IMG/VR virus record: IMGVR_UViG_2693429524_000019
Span: 1-32,064 of that record
Strand: one strand, 5' to 3'
DNA from: a virus
Lineage: Duplodnaviria; Heunggongvirae; Uroviricota; Caudoviricetes
Length of the DNA: 32,064 nt
Shown here: positions 18,144 to 27,330 of the stretch, piece by piece
How the letters are laid out: each line of letters opens with the position of its first letter
Numbering within the stretch: the first letter of the stretch is position 1
The notes under the pieces: generated by a model
Told to the model about the DNA's origin: nothing
Databases searched by the model: none
What the model saw: the letters and a program-made list of their open reading frames with translations, nothing else
Program-made: the position numbers and the translations under genes

Positions 18144-19364
18144 TTACCCTTTACGGTTTGCCCAGAATTCAGCGTTTTGTTTGTTCAGGGAAGCGATACT
18201 GGTCATGCCCATGTTTAGGCGCTGTGCATCGCCGGTGGTGGCGCGGGTGTTTCGCCCTTTGGCAATCTCAGACACGGCATTAAACGCCATGTCGACCGAT
18301 TGTTTCGGCAATTTGCGGATATCCGCATCACCGACTATCTGGCGAACCAGCGTTTTGTCAGCGGAAGCCAGAACCTCGCGTTTGAACGCGGTCGGTTTCA
18401 TCTTACGGCTCAGATCGATACCCGGAACAATAACTTCGGCACGCCAGGCTGAGTCACCAGTAATCGTGGTTTCCTCTTCATCGTCCTCGCCGTCACCGGT
18501 CGGATTATCGTCAGGCTTATTATCGTTATCGCCCGTGGCATTTCCTTCCAGCTTAGCCAGCAGGGCTTTCAGTAATGTTTTGAGGTCATCATCACTGTCG
18601 CCGGTTGGACCTCCGCCCATCTCTGGTGCTTTGTCCGGTAGCGGTTGCTGCGGGGACAGGTTGATGTTGAGATTAACGCCCTGCGGCAAATCCCCCTCAT
18701 CTCCTGTAACCGATGCGGGAGCCGACTCCACCAGTTCGTTCATGGTGTCAGCGTCACCCGTTTTGATGGCCGTGCGCATGCGGGTCCACCAGCTTTTCTT
18801 TTGATTTGCCATTGTGTCTCTGTCTCCAATTGCACAACGATTTCCGGCTCTGCCTTTAGGGACAAGAGCCACATGGTTTCCGGTAATATCGACCTGCTCG
18901 GCTTTACCTGGCTCGGTCTGCTCATACTCCGCGTCATAGCCGCACGACACTTCGCGCAGGCCATCTTCGATAAGCTGAATGGCGCTTTCGTCTTTGACGA
19001 TAAGGTCAGCCAGCATCAAATCAGACTGCTCACCCGTCCCGCGCCGGACATTCTGAAGATGCCCGACCGCGAGCTCTTTCCAGTTCTCTGGATTCACCAG
19101 CCGCACATCCCCGTTTTCATCCTCGGGATGCAACACCGTGATACTCATTCCTTCGAATGAGGCAAGCGTGGCGGGATGGAATACCTGCTCAGGAGAACGC
19201 GTGACGACTATTTCACCGAACTTATCGGGTTTCAGTTTTGGCAGGTCATCAGCACCATAGAGCTGCTTACCTGTTCGTCCTATCGGCACGTCTCTGCACA
19301 GCAATGAGCCGTCAGCCAGCTGATAGCGGGTTTCCCCCAGCCGGGTATTGAAAAAATATTTCAT
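18144..19364 (-). CDS. prohead protease / scaffold protein (Mu gpI-like)
   Basis: 406 aa with an acidic low-complexity linker (GDSDDD..DDEEE) and a C-terminal scaffold-like region. Confidence 0.5.
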   Translation of the reverse strand: MKYFFNTRLGETRYQLADGSLLCRDVPIGRTGKQLYGADDLPKLKPDKFGEIVVTRSPEQVFHPATLASFEGMSITVLHPEDENGDVRLVNPENWKELAVGHLQNVRRGTGEQSDLMLADLIVKDESAIQLIEDGLREVSCGYDAEYEQTEPGKAEQVDITGNHVALVPKGRAGNRCAIGDRDTMANQKKSWWTRMRTAIKTGDADTMNELVESAPASVTGDEGDLPQGVNLNINLSPQQPLPDKAPEMGGGPTGDSDDDLKTLLKALLAKLEGNATGDNDNKPDDNPTGDGEDDEEETTITGDSAWRAEVIVPGIDLSRKMKPTAFKREVLASADKTLVRQIVGDADIRKLPKQSVDMAFNAVSEIAKGRNTRATTGDAQRLNMGMTSIASLNKQNAEFWANRKG

Positions 19365-19378
19365 GTGTTACCTGCGAT

Positions 19379-20152
19379 TCAGGCGGGATAAGATTGGGAG
19401 GTGGGAAAAACGATTTCTTTATAACAGCGACAATTCGGGAGCTCGCCAGCGTGACCTGTCATGCCGTCAAGCGTTGGAGGTTTGCCCCATTCGACAAATT
19501 TACCTTCCATTTCCCGATGAGAATGCCTGACGTCACCATCTTCGGCTGTACGCCAGATATAACCATTCGAACCAATTGACAGCGCACGTGCCTGATCCAG
19601 CGCGCCGGTTGCACGTCCAAGTTCAGTACGGGCAATCAGGTCAGCTCTGGACTTTGCTATATCACCCGATGCGGCTATTTCTTTAGCAAAATGTTCCGCT
19701 CGCCCACCGGTCACAACAGCTTCAATCGCCCGATTCTGGATGTCGTACACCCTGTCAGCCGCCTCGAGGGGTAGCGATTTAATGTACTTAACCTGTTCAG
19801 CAACGATGGATTTCATCACCTGCCCTGGCGGGGCACTGTTTACCAGATTGCGTAGCTCACGGCTGATGGTTTTGCTGTGTTTACGCCACTGCTCATCATT
19901 CTTGCGCACAATATCGGCGGTAAAGTTTTCCGCGACCTTTGTCGCCCAGGGGGTGATGATTTCACTGTAGCGTTCCAGCGCCTCAATAATTTCCGTGATA
20001 CTGTCATTTGAACCATCGTAGTGACCATTTACGATGTCCCCGACCGCCCGCGCTATCCTGCGTAGGCTGGTTCGATACCGGATTTCCGCCTGACGGTTCC
20101 TGCGGTTCGTCACCAGGTTCGCCGATGCCGGGCGGCGCTTCATCTTCGGCAT
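19379..20152 (-). CDS. head morphogenesis protein (Mu F / SPP1 gp7 family)
   Basis: 257 aa, follows portal gene; start overlaps the portal 3' end by ~149 nt. Confidence 0.55.
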   Translation of the reverse strand: MPKMKRRPASANLVTNRRNRQAEIRYRTSLRRIARAVGDIVNGHYDGSNDSITEIIEALERYSEIITPWATKVAENFTADIVRKNDEQWRKHSKTISRELRNLVNSAPPGQVMKSIVAEQVKYIKSLPLEAADRVYDIQNRAIEAVVTGGRAEHFAKEIAASGDIAKSRADLIARTELGRATGALDQARALSIGSNGYIWRTAEDGDVRHSHREMEGKFVEWGKPPTLDGMTGHAGELPNCRCYKEIVFPTSQSYPA

Positions 20153-21470
20153 TCTTGATGTCCTCGTCGGTAATGGATGCCCCGATGCCGGTTACGTCAG
20201 AATTTTCTCGCAAATCAGTCATAGCGGCTTTCAGTGTCATCAGACCATCACCCAGCGCTGTACTGATTGCGTTGGTGGTGTTTAACGCCACCGTTGAGCG
20301 ATCGACATCAGACATTTGCCAGAGCGGGTTAAACTCAAACGTGAAATCGTCCGGCAGTGGTTTGCCAAGTTCCGAACGATGCATGATATCCAGTATCCGC
20401 CGCACCGGAAGACGTAAACGTCTCTCCTGCAGCGAGCTTACCCGGTCGTAATAGTTGGCAAGGTCTGCATCACCGGTAGAAAATCCCTTCGGGGACTGTC
20501 CGAACAACCGCACCAGTGGGATACCAACAGCGCCACTAATCTGTTCTGCAAACTGTGAAAGGATGTCATCCAGACCACTGAAGCTGTACTGATGGGTTTC
20601 AAACTTATCCCGCGAGTCCATGAGCGTCATGCCTTCATTGCTCTGGAACTGTCGAATCAGGTCGATATTCTTCAGCAACGCTTCATACGCAGGACCACCA
20701 AGTGCGATAAGCTCGCGTAGCTTCTCCACGCTGTAGGTACGCAAATGCGCCTTGTAGACCAGCTGCGCCGCGCCGACAGTAGCGCTGTCGAACGCGGTAA
20801 GACGATCCCAGATACGCTCTACAACCGACATTCCCCATTCGTTCTCGGTCATCTTCTGCTGGAATGGCAGCGTGACGCCATCAAAGCGAATCAGACGACT
20901 GTGATGAATGCGCCAGGCAGGAATGCCCGTTGCTGTGGTCACCACATCGTAAAACTCAGGTTTACCCAGGTCCGGCCCCATATCTTTAATGCGGCGGGTC
21001 AGTACCGGGTCAATCATCCAGCGGTCGAGCGGGAGAATCCCCTTAAACTTGCCTTTACCGATGGTTTCGGGTCGCAGCGGGGTCATTGGTGCCTGCCCCT
21101 CAATCATGATGAAACCCACCGCGCCGCCGTAGAGGCGCGACCATTTCAGCACGTCATTCAGCGCATCCCAGATTTGCAACTCATCCAGTTGTGATTCTAG
21201 AATGCCACGATCTTTTGCATCAATTTCCGAAGTAATGCGAATGCCTTTGCGGGTCATATCATCCGGGATAGCATCGACTGCTTCGCCGATAATCCAGGAT
21301 GAACGATAGGACCATTCCACCAGCATGCGGTTACGACTGGTGAAATTAGCCCGATAGGTGGATGCTGAGTGCTGGTTAGGTGTCTGCATCCCTACGCGGG
21401 CAATAAAATTCTCATAACCATCAGCTGTGGCCTGCGCAGTTCGCCGCAGGGCTTGTTTGTTTCGTGCCAT
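20004..21470 (-). CDS. portal protein
   Basis: 488 aa, ATGA overlap with the terminase large subunit stop; acidic proline-rich C-terminus. Confidence 0.7.
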   Translation of the reverse strand: MARNKQALRRTAQATADGYENFIARVGMQTPNQHSASTYRANFTSRNRMLVEWSYRSSWIIGEAVDAIPDDMTRKGIRITSEIDAKDRGILESQLDELQIWDALNDVLKWSRLYGGAVGFIMIEGQAPMTPLRPETIGKGKFKGILPLDRWMIDPVLTRRIKDMGPDLGKPEFYDVVTTATGIPAWRIHHSRLIRFDGVTLPFQQKMTENEWGMSVVERIWDRLTAFDSATVGAAQLVYKAHLRTYSVEKLRELIALGGPAYEALLKNIDLIRQFQSNEGMTLMDSRDKFETHQYSFSGLDDILSQFAEQISGAVGIPLVRLFGQSPKGFSTGDADLANYYDRVSSLQERRLRLPVRRILDIMHRSELGKPLPDDFTFEFNPLWQMSDVDRSTVALNTTNAISTALGDGLMTLKAAMTDLRENSDVTGIGASITDEDIKNAEDEAPPGIGEPGDEPQEPSGGNPVSNQPTQDSAGGRGHRKWSLRWFK

Positions 21471-22873
21471 CAGGCCTGTCTCCCCAGCTGTTCCCAGATA
21501 TCCAGCGATGTATCAATTGGCGCGAAGGCCATAATGAATGCGTCAGCAACGTTTGGTGACAGTATCTCGCGTTTTGCGAGGTCTTTTTTACTTTCGACCA
21601 TCACACGTCCGTTACGGTCAAAATCGCGATGAGGTGTTGTCAGTTCCAGTTTCAGCTTTTCAAGCAACGGACAACGAGAATCTATGCTGATCAGCTCATC
21701 CACAGGATACTGTTCTCCGTTGTTAATGGCGTTAAACGTATTTCTGAAACGGTCAGCCACCAGCCACCATGCCTGAGCCTTAAGATTTGCGAAAAAGTCT
21801 TTGTTGGGGATGCCGTTGTATTCGTCATCTGGCTCATGCACACCAGCACCGGCGTTAAACCTCTGGTAATTCACTCGTCTCGCGTATGCATTCTCGCTCT
21901 TCCGGTCAGCGTTAATTTCAGAGAATTTAGCACCGGCAGACGCACCAACACCGATAGAGTCGTAAACAATATCTGCTTCACGCTCCAGCGCCGCCTGATA
22001 AGTACGCTGGCAGCTCTTCAGTAATTCATCTTCTTTGGCCTTCCATTCGTCGGCCCAGAAAACAACGGATCCGTGACGGTAAACGTTAGCGCACTTATCT
22101 GTACCACTGTCAGCCACGTCAAAGCCAATACGCTTTCTTCCACTGGGTTCGAAATTTAACGTTTTGTGCGCATCCACTGCGGCTTCTATCCAGGACAGTT
22201 TGATGATTGCCGCATCATCATCAGACTCCGGAACGCCCTCATACACATGTTTAAAACCATCCGGATCACGGCGTCGCGCCGCGTCGATAACCTTAAGCAT
22301 GGTGTCAGACAGAAACGGATTTTCGTCATAGTTAATTTTGCGGATGAGAGTGCCTTCGGGCGGATCAACAACGAAGTTGCGCCAGACGAAATCAGTAACC
22401 AGTCCGGGGTTGAATATGAACCAGCATTCCGACCCCTCTTTACGGATCGTTGGCTCCAGAATTTTCCACTGGTATTCCGTCAGTGCGTGGGCTTCTTCCA
22501 GCCACAACACATCGATCCCCTCCAGTGACTTAATTTCTTCGATGTTGCGCCATAATCCATAAAAAACAAATTCCGAGCCAGTAACCCGGTTAATGATTTT
22601 GTTGTTCAGAATACGGAAACGGTGCCGCAGGCCAAACCTGTCTATCTGAATTTTGAGCAGGGTATACACCGACTCTTCGATTTTGTTCTGGATCTGACGG
22701 GCACAACAAAAACGCAGGGTGTATTTATTCGACAGAAATATGGCAATGCCAGCGGCATCCCATGATTTTGACGATGACCGGCCACCATAAAGCACTTTGT
22801 TACGTGCCCGCGTAGTCCAGAAACTACGTAAAGCCGGATTAAGCGTCGGTTTGGATGTCAGAGTAGAAGTCAT
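21470..22873 (-). CDS. terminase large subunit
   Basis: ~467 aa from ATG at 22873; Walker A-like GGRSSSKS near the N-terminus. Confidence 0.8.
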   Translation of the reverse strand: MTSTLTSKPTLNPALRSFWTTRARNKVLYGGRSSSKSWDAAGIAIFLSNKYTLRFCCARQIQNKIEESVYTLLKIQIDRFGLRHRFRILNNKIINRVTGSEFVFYGLWRNIEEIKSLEGIDVLWLEEAHALTEYQWKILEPTIRKEGSECWFIFNPGLVTDFVWRNFVVDPPEGTLIRKINYDENPFLSDTMLKVIDAARRRDPDGFKHVYEGVPESDDDAAIIKLSWIEAAVDAHKTLNFEPSGRKRIGFDVADSGTDKCANVYRHGSVVFWADEWKAKEDELLKSCQRTYQAALEREADIVYDSIGVGASAGAKFSEINADRKSENAYARRVNYQRFNAGAGVHEPDDEYNGIPNKDFFANLKAQAWWLVADRFRNTFNAINNGEQYPVDELISIDSRCPLLEKLKLELTTPHRDFDRNGRVMVESKKDLAKREILSPNVADAFIMAFAPIDTSLDIWEQLGRQA

Positions 22874-23588
22874 TGAGGTCACGCTCTCCATTGCCATCAT
22901 CAATACCTGCATCACGGCGAAGACGATCAGCCTCCAGAGACACCTTATCAGTGGCGGCCTTGCGGTAGGCTGTATCAGCAAATATTTTTCCTACCGTCGC
23001 AAGCGTGCCAACGATGGACTCAATACGAACTGTATTGCGCATCATTGCTTTCTCGGCGGCGCTGATATTTTCCATCAGCATCTTCCTTTCCTGGTCCCCA
23101 TTAGCATCTTCCAGCGACACCAGCCACCGACCAATATTCTCTGCAGCGACAAGGTTGTTAGCACGAAGGCGAAATAATTCGTCCTCGAGCGTCAACGCTT
23201 TAGCGTCCTCTATCACCTCATCTTTGAGCAGAAGGCGACGGGCATAACCACCGTGTTTTAATGCCTGCTGGTTACCGGGTTGGAATGGGTTAGTCGGGGG
23301 ATCGGTACGCATTCCGCGTATCGGTTTCGTATCCGGTGTAGCTTCTGTTTTTGGTTGCGTACCTTTTTGTGTAAGGCCAGTAATGGCAGGCTTTCTGCTG
23401 GTACGCACTTTTCTTTTTTGCGTACCATTTTTGCAAACCTGCGTACCGCCACTGCGTACCCAACCAAGCTTTTTAGCCCTCTTCCTGATAGCCCCTTCTG
23501 TTACGCCGTATTTCTCGCCTATATCACGGAGGCTAAGGACTCCGGCCCGGTATGCCGATTCGATGGCCTCCCAGTCCGGTTTTGCCAT
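22839..23588 (-). CDS. terminase small subunit
   Basis: 249 aa, SD AAGAGGAAA; N-terminal HTH-like region and ..NPFQPGNQQALKHGGY.. motif typical of small terminase subunits. Confidence 0.6.
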   Translation of the reverse strand: MAKPDWEAIESAYRAGVLSLRDIGEKYGVTEGAIRKRAKKLGWVRSGGTQVCKNGTQKRKVRTSRKPAITGLTQKGTQPKTEATPDTKPIRGMRTDPPTNPFQPGNQQALKHGGYARRLLLKDEVIEDAKALTLEDELFRLRANNLVAAENIGRWLVSLEDANGDQERKMLMENISAAEKAMMRNTVRIESIVGTLATVGKIFADTAYRKAATDKVSLEADRLRRDAGIDDGNGERDLNDFYSDIQTDA

Positions 23589-23645
23589 GAATTTTTCCTC
23601 TTAGTGACATTATCGAAGCCCCTTATCAAAGGAGCTTCTGTAATG

Positions 23646-23831
23646 TCAGTCCCGAACGAACGTAACCTTCGTGTTTGTCGCTCGCCGTACAAGGCGCGCC
23701 GCTTCGCGTTGCATTTCATCGATAACTTTTGGCGTCATCGGCTGATGCGCATATTTACGTTCAATCTCTGCAAAAATCCCGTTCATCGTTTCGATGTCTG
23801 GTGGGATAACTTCAACGTTTAATCGTGCCAT
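23646..23831 (-). CDS. small hypothetical protein between lysis and packaging genes
   Basis: 61 aa from ATG at 23831; protein-like composition; weak SD. Confidence 0.3.
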   Translation of the reverse strand: MARLNVEVIPPDIETMNGIFAEIERKYAHQPMTPKVIDEMQREAARLVRRATNTKVTFVRD

Positions 23832-24090
23832 TAGTTTGTGCTGCCCTGTTTTTCTCAAAAGTCCTGATATCAGCCTTATCCCTGTTGCACTGTGCTAACG
23901 CTGACAACAACGCAACATTCAGGTTAAGGCTGGCTCCCCACGTAAACGGGTCGGGTAAATCTGGCTGGGGTGTTTCATCCGTCAGACTGGCTGGTAACGG
24001 AACGACCGGCACCGACACGTATACCGTTCGCGTACTCGTGCAACCGCTTAACTGCGCCAGAAGGAACGATACGAACAGCGCAATCATCAT
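23812..24090 (-). CDS. o-spanin Rz1 (outer-membrane lipoprotein), overlapping the 3' end of Rz in another frame
   Basis: MMIALFVSFLLAQLSGC lipobox followed by a proline-rich segment PVVPLPASLTDETPQPDLPDP. Confidence 0.5.
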   Translation of the reverse strand: MMIALFVSFLLAQLSGCTSTRTVYVSVPVVPLPASLTDETPQPDLPDPFTWGASLNLNVALLSALAQCNRDKADIRTFEKNRAAQTNGTIKR

Positions 24091-24367
24091 CCGCAACAGC
24101 CACTTTGATATCTTCCTGGGTTCTCTGTGACTCCAGTGCGATCTGCTGTTTTGCATGCTGGTTAGCCTCTATAACTGTGTTGATGATTTGCAGTGATTGC
24201 AGGACGTTACGGGTAATGGCTGTTGCTGATTCAGCATTTCGTACAGCCTCATCAGCGCGCTCCTTTTCGTGCTGATATTTGCTGTAGTAATGCCCGGCAG
24301 ACCAGATAAAAGAACCGATGACGGTAACAAAGAAGGCAACAATAACCAGCTTATATCTCAGCTTCAT
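23975..24367 (-). CDS. i-spanin Rz
   Basis: 130 aa, N-terminal transmembrane anchor KLVIVAFFVTVIGSFIW then coiled-coil; directly downstream of the endolysin. Confidence 0.65.
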   Translation of the reverse strand: MKLRYKLVIVAFFVTVIGSFIWSAGHYYSKYQHEKERADEAVRNAESATAITRNVLQSLQIINTVIEANQHAKQQIALESQRTQEDIKVAVADDDCAVRIVPSGAVKRLHEYANGIRVGAGRSVTSQSDG

Positions 24368-24827
24368 TTACCACCCCACCAGCTTCTTTAAATCGGGAAA
24401 TCAGGTCACCGATTCTATGTTCATACTGACCGTAACCTGCACCAGGTAACGACGCCCAGATATTGCTGCAACGGTCGATTGCCTGACGAATATCGCCGCG
24501 GTCAATCATCGGTAAAGCGCCACGCTCTTTAATCTGCTGCAGCGCTACAGCATCCTGGCTTTCTGGAGAAAAATCTTTCAGACCAAGTTGCTTGCGGTAG
24601 GCATCCCACCAGCGTGAAAGAAGCTGGTAACGTCCGGCGGCTGTTGATTTGAGTTTCGGATTTAGCGTGACAAGTTTGCGAGGGTGATCGGAGTAATCAG
24701 TGAACAGTTCGCCACCAACAATAACATCATAACCGTGGTTACGTGTCGGTTGTCGCCCGTTATCCGTTCCTTCTGACCATGCCACCATATCAAGGAAAGC
24801 TTTACGCTGGGAATTAAGTGTCTGCAT
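24351..24827 (-). CDS. endolysin, lambda R-type lytic transglycosylase
   Basis: 158 aa closely matching recalled lambda R (..NSQRKAFLDMVAWSEGTDNGRQPTRNHGYDVIVGGELFTDYSDHPRKLVTLNPKLKST..); strong SD AAGGAG. Confidence 0.85.
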   Translation of the reverse strand: MQTLNSQRKAFLDMVAWSEGTDNGRQPTRNHGYDVIVGGELFTDYSDHPRKLVTLNPKLKSTAAGRYQLLSRWWDAYRKQLGLKDFSPESQDAVALQQIKERGALPMIDRGDIRQAIDRCSNIWASLPGAGYGQYEHRIGDLISRFKEAGGVVNEAEI

Positions 24828-24830
24828 TAA

Positions 24831-25190
24831 TTACTCCTTATGGGCACCGAACTTGTTACCGATGACCCTCATTGCCGCACCACGAATAGCATCAACACCA
24901 ATCAGCCCCACCCCACCACCAATGGCAACAGAAAGTGATTTAGGCCATCCGACATACTCAAGCGCGGATGCAAAGGTCAGCGTCAGGGCACCACAGAGCA
25001 AAATCTCAAGCGTTTTTCGTTTCCAGCCCCCACCACCGCCAAAATAGGCGATGCGCAAACCAGCCATAACGATCGACATAATCACTGCACCCAGCGGTGT
25101 GTCTCCACGCCACCAGCTCTGAAACAACTCCAGCCAGTCCGGCCAGGTATTTGGGTTATGAGGCATTTCATCATCTCTCACCTCGCACAT
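24831..25190 (-). CDS. holin, three predicted transmembrane helices (class I), possible dual start
   Basis: ATG at 25190 and second ATG at 25166 eight codons later; three hydrophobic segments; immediately upstream of the endolysin. Confidence 0.6.
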   Translation of the reverse strand: MCEVRDDEMPHNPNTWPDWLELFQSWWRGDTPLGAVIMSIVMAGLRIAYFGGGGGWKRKTLEILLCGALTLTFASALEYVGWPKSLSVAIGGGVGLIGVDAIRGAAMRVIGNKFGAHKE

Positions 25191-25289
25191 ATCGCGGGTG
25201 CAAATTGAGGGAATAAAAAATCCCCGAATATTCCAGGAGCGGAAACGGGGAAAGGCGTTGCACTAAATGGGCCTGTCTGCGGCCTTAAA

Positions 25290-25318
25290 TAAAAAAACCC
25301 CGGCAAATGCCGAGGTCA
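25290..25318 (-). terminator. strong intrinsic terminator ~100 bp upstream of the holin gene
   Basis: minus strand CCTCGGC-ATTT-GCCGGGG (7-bp stem) followed by seven T. Confidence 0.65.
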
Positions 25319-25527
25319 GTTAATCGTTGCCGCTGTGAGTGCCGCGGTGCACTATCTCTTTATCAGGCTACTTACGCGTTAAACCGGGTGCCAACCGTAA
25401 CTCAGTGATGCTTTACGCTTCCTCTCCCTCACTACGTCGCCATGGGAGCCCGACCAGATTAACGCTGTCGTCACGTTGCCAATATATGGCATCCAATGCA
25501 TTCTTTTTATTTAGCTATTTCATTTTT

Positions 25528-25558
25528 CTATCCGTCAGAAACAACAAAACCCGCTCAA
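25528..25558 (-). terminator. intrinsic terminator downstream of the ORF6N-like gene
   Basis: minus strand AACCCGCCATTGAGCGGGTT followed by TTGTTGTTTCT. Confidence 0.5.
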
Positions 25559-25662
25559 TGGCGGGTTCTGGTAAAGTTCATGCGCTTGGTTCGCCTCGCG
25601 ATACAGCTTTGCGAAGCGTACCGAAATTGAAGCAGTTTATGGCTAAAATTGCAAGAACTTTT

Positions 25663-26214
25663 TTAAAGCTGCATCAGCCTTTCCACCAGTTTATCTCTGC
25701 GAACAACAAACCAACCATTGGCTCTCGCCAGTTCCAGCCATGACTCAAGGGAAATAACAATATCATCATCCCGCAACTGAATTGTGGAAACAGTGACACC
25801 GCCTCGCTGATAACAGAGAACTCGCGTGTCGTAACTTTTCTGGCATGAAGCTGGCGCTGACAGATCCTTTTGTCTGAAATAGCAGTCTTCCAGTTTTTCG
25901 AACACTTCCCACGCCTGATCGGTTTCCAGCATTTTGGCGTGGCGGGCTGCTCCGCGTTCTGTCCAGAGTATAAGCGAGCGGGTTTTGGGCGAAATTTGTA
26001 ACTGACTTACTGTCAGTCGCAAATTTTTAAGCTCCTCGCCCATAACCTTAAAAAAATGTTTACCTTCAATAAAACGCACAGAGTTGCGCTTATGATTTTG
26101 CTGGATACTGTTTACATCCGCGCCATAGAGGTGCGCCAATAGTTCTGTGGTAATAACTGGGATCTGATTATGGGTAATTGGGGAAAGGTTTTCGACAGAA
26201 ATTTGAGTCGTCAT
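25663..26214 (-). CDS. ORF6N/antirepressor-like DNA-binding protein (moron between Q and lysis genes)
   Basis: 183 aa, SD GAGGG; N-terminal ..ITTELLAHLYGADVNSIQQNHKRNSVRFIEGKHFFKV.. resembles ORF6N-type phage antirepressor N-domains as recalled. Confidence 0.4.
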   Translation of the reverse strand: MTTQISVENLSPITHNQIPVITTELLAHLYGADVNSIQQNHKRNSVRFIEGKHFFKVMGEELKNLRLTVSQLQISPKTRSLILWTERGAARHAKMLETDQAWEVFEKLEDCYFRQKDLSAPASCQKSYDTRVLCYQRGGVTVSTIQLRDDDIVISLESWLELARANGWFVVRRDKLVERLMQL

Positions 26215-26375
26215 GATAACGCCCTCTGGTTGATGAATTTAACTATCACCACCGTCAGGTTCCAATCATTGGGTGGTGAGACGTACAGGGTTGGAACTAC
26301 CGGATCAACCAACCGGCGAGCCTTTCGGCTCCCCCATACGCCCCACCATAATTCAGATGTGCGTGTGCTTACGAC

Positions 26376-26400
26376 AATAAAAAACACGCTCGCGGCGTGT
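26376..26400 (-). terminator. intrinsic terminator ~90 bp downstream of Q (tR'-like candidate)
   Basis: minus strand ACACGC-CGCGA-GCGTGT followed by TTTTTATT. Confidence 0.5.
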
Positions 26401-26488
26401 ATCTGTCGCGGTTGAATATCCGGGGTTCCAATCCCGACGCCAGATTTTGCTGGCGCGTGAGGAATATAGCCCCGGATAACAGATTGAG

Positions 26489-27043
26489 TCAACAGACGGT
26501 TTTTGAATCCCCGGAAGAGAATGCATCACGCATCGGCAGATAGAGCATAAACTCTGCCATTTTCAACCACGCATCTATGCGATTACGGCACGTGGCGTAA
26601 CACCACTCAGGGTGTGCGTCATTCAGCAATTCAGCCATTTTTCGCTTAGTCATCCCCCTCCCTTCATATCGTTGCCGGAGGATACAAATCAATCCTGGGT
26701 GTTCTGCCAGCACTTCACTAATCACACGATCAATGCATAACGCCTCTGCATCAGTACAATGCACCAGCCAGCTTTTTTGCTTGCCGTTGATCATATCCCG
26801 CAAAAAAGCCTCAAGTTCAGGTTTGTCCAGCCCTGCTTTTTTCATCCTCCGGAGCGCCTCGTTAATTGCCGTTTTTGTCAGCTTTTTAGAGGTCAGCAAC
26901 TGGTTAAACATATTTCCCGTCTTACCGCCGCCAATATACGACCAGCGCCCCCACATGCGCAGTTTTCCCTGAATCCAGACACTTTCCAGCGTGGTGAGAC
27001 GAAGGTGTTCCCCGCTTTTGCCTGTATTTGTTGGGTAAATCAT
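26489..27043 (-). CDS. late-gene antitermination protein Q-like
   Basis: 184 aa from ATG at 27043 (ATGA overlap with the ybcO-like stop); ..KLRMWGRWSYIGGG.. and the position upstream of the lysis genes fit the Q family; family assignment from memory only. Confidence 0.55.
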   Translation of the reverse strand: MIYPTNTGKSGEHLRLTTLESVWIQGKLRMWGRWSYIGGGKTGNMFNQLLTSKKLTKTAINEALRRMKKAGLDKPELEAFLRDMINGKQKSWLVHCTDAEALCIDRVISEVLAEHPGLICILRQRYEGRGMTKRKMAELLNDAHPEWCYATCRNRIDAWLKMAEFMLYLPMRDAFSSGDSKTVC

Positions 27044-27330
27044 AAATAACCTTCCTTTCTCCAGATTTCTTGCGTACGAAAAACACCTTCTGCATGCATC
27101 AGGCGTAATTCTTCTTTGGTGTAATCGCTGGTTTTTACCCGCCCGTCGATTAAATCGTGGCATGAGCTGCAGGCAATCGCTGCCTGCATATCGTGTGGTT
27201 TTGTCGCTGTTCCGCACGTCCCCGCCAGCCTGTAATGCGCCAGCACAGATGTTTCGGGATTGTGATTGCAGTAGCCAAGAATTCTGACGGTGCACATCTG
27301 CCCCCGCGCCGCTTTACGTAAATCCACCAT
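27040..27330 (-). CDS. YbcO-like protein (DUF1364, putative nuclease)
   Basis: 96 aa MVDLRKAARGQMCTVRILGYCNHNPETSVLAHYRLAGTCGTATKP..CSSCHDLIDG resembles recalled YbcO Cys pattern. Confidence 0.6.
   Translation of the reverse strand: MVDLRKAARGQMCTVRILGYCNHNPETSVLAHYRLAGTCGTATKPHDMQAAIACSSCHDLIDGRVKTSDYTKEELRLMHAEGVFRTQEIWRKEGYL

Noticed and set aside
18103-18804. 233-aa plus-strand ORF rich in Ser/Pro/Arg
   Set aside because: Lies antisense to the protease/scaffold gene; composition is typical of an antisense artefact of GC-rich coding DNA; no SD.
23643-23822. 59-aa plus-strand ORF with a good SD (AAGGAG) antisense to the small minus-strand gene
   Set aside because: Product is Arg/Phe/Trp-rich and looks like an antisense translation; the minus-strand reading has protein-like composition and fits operon polarity. 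Not fully excluded.
26270-26350. tRNA-like element on the minus strand (GGGGCGT...ACGTCTC-A-CCA ends with internal GAAA-capped hairpin), in the Q-S interval where lambdoid phages often carry tRNA genes
   Set aside because: Only the acceptor-like ends pair; no canonical D-arm, 7-nt anticodon loop or T-loop could be drawn, and length is ~71 nt. Treated as structured leader/terminator-proximal RNA, not a tRNA gene.
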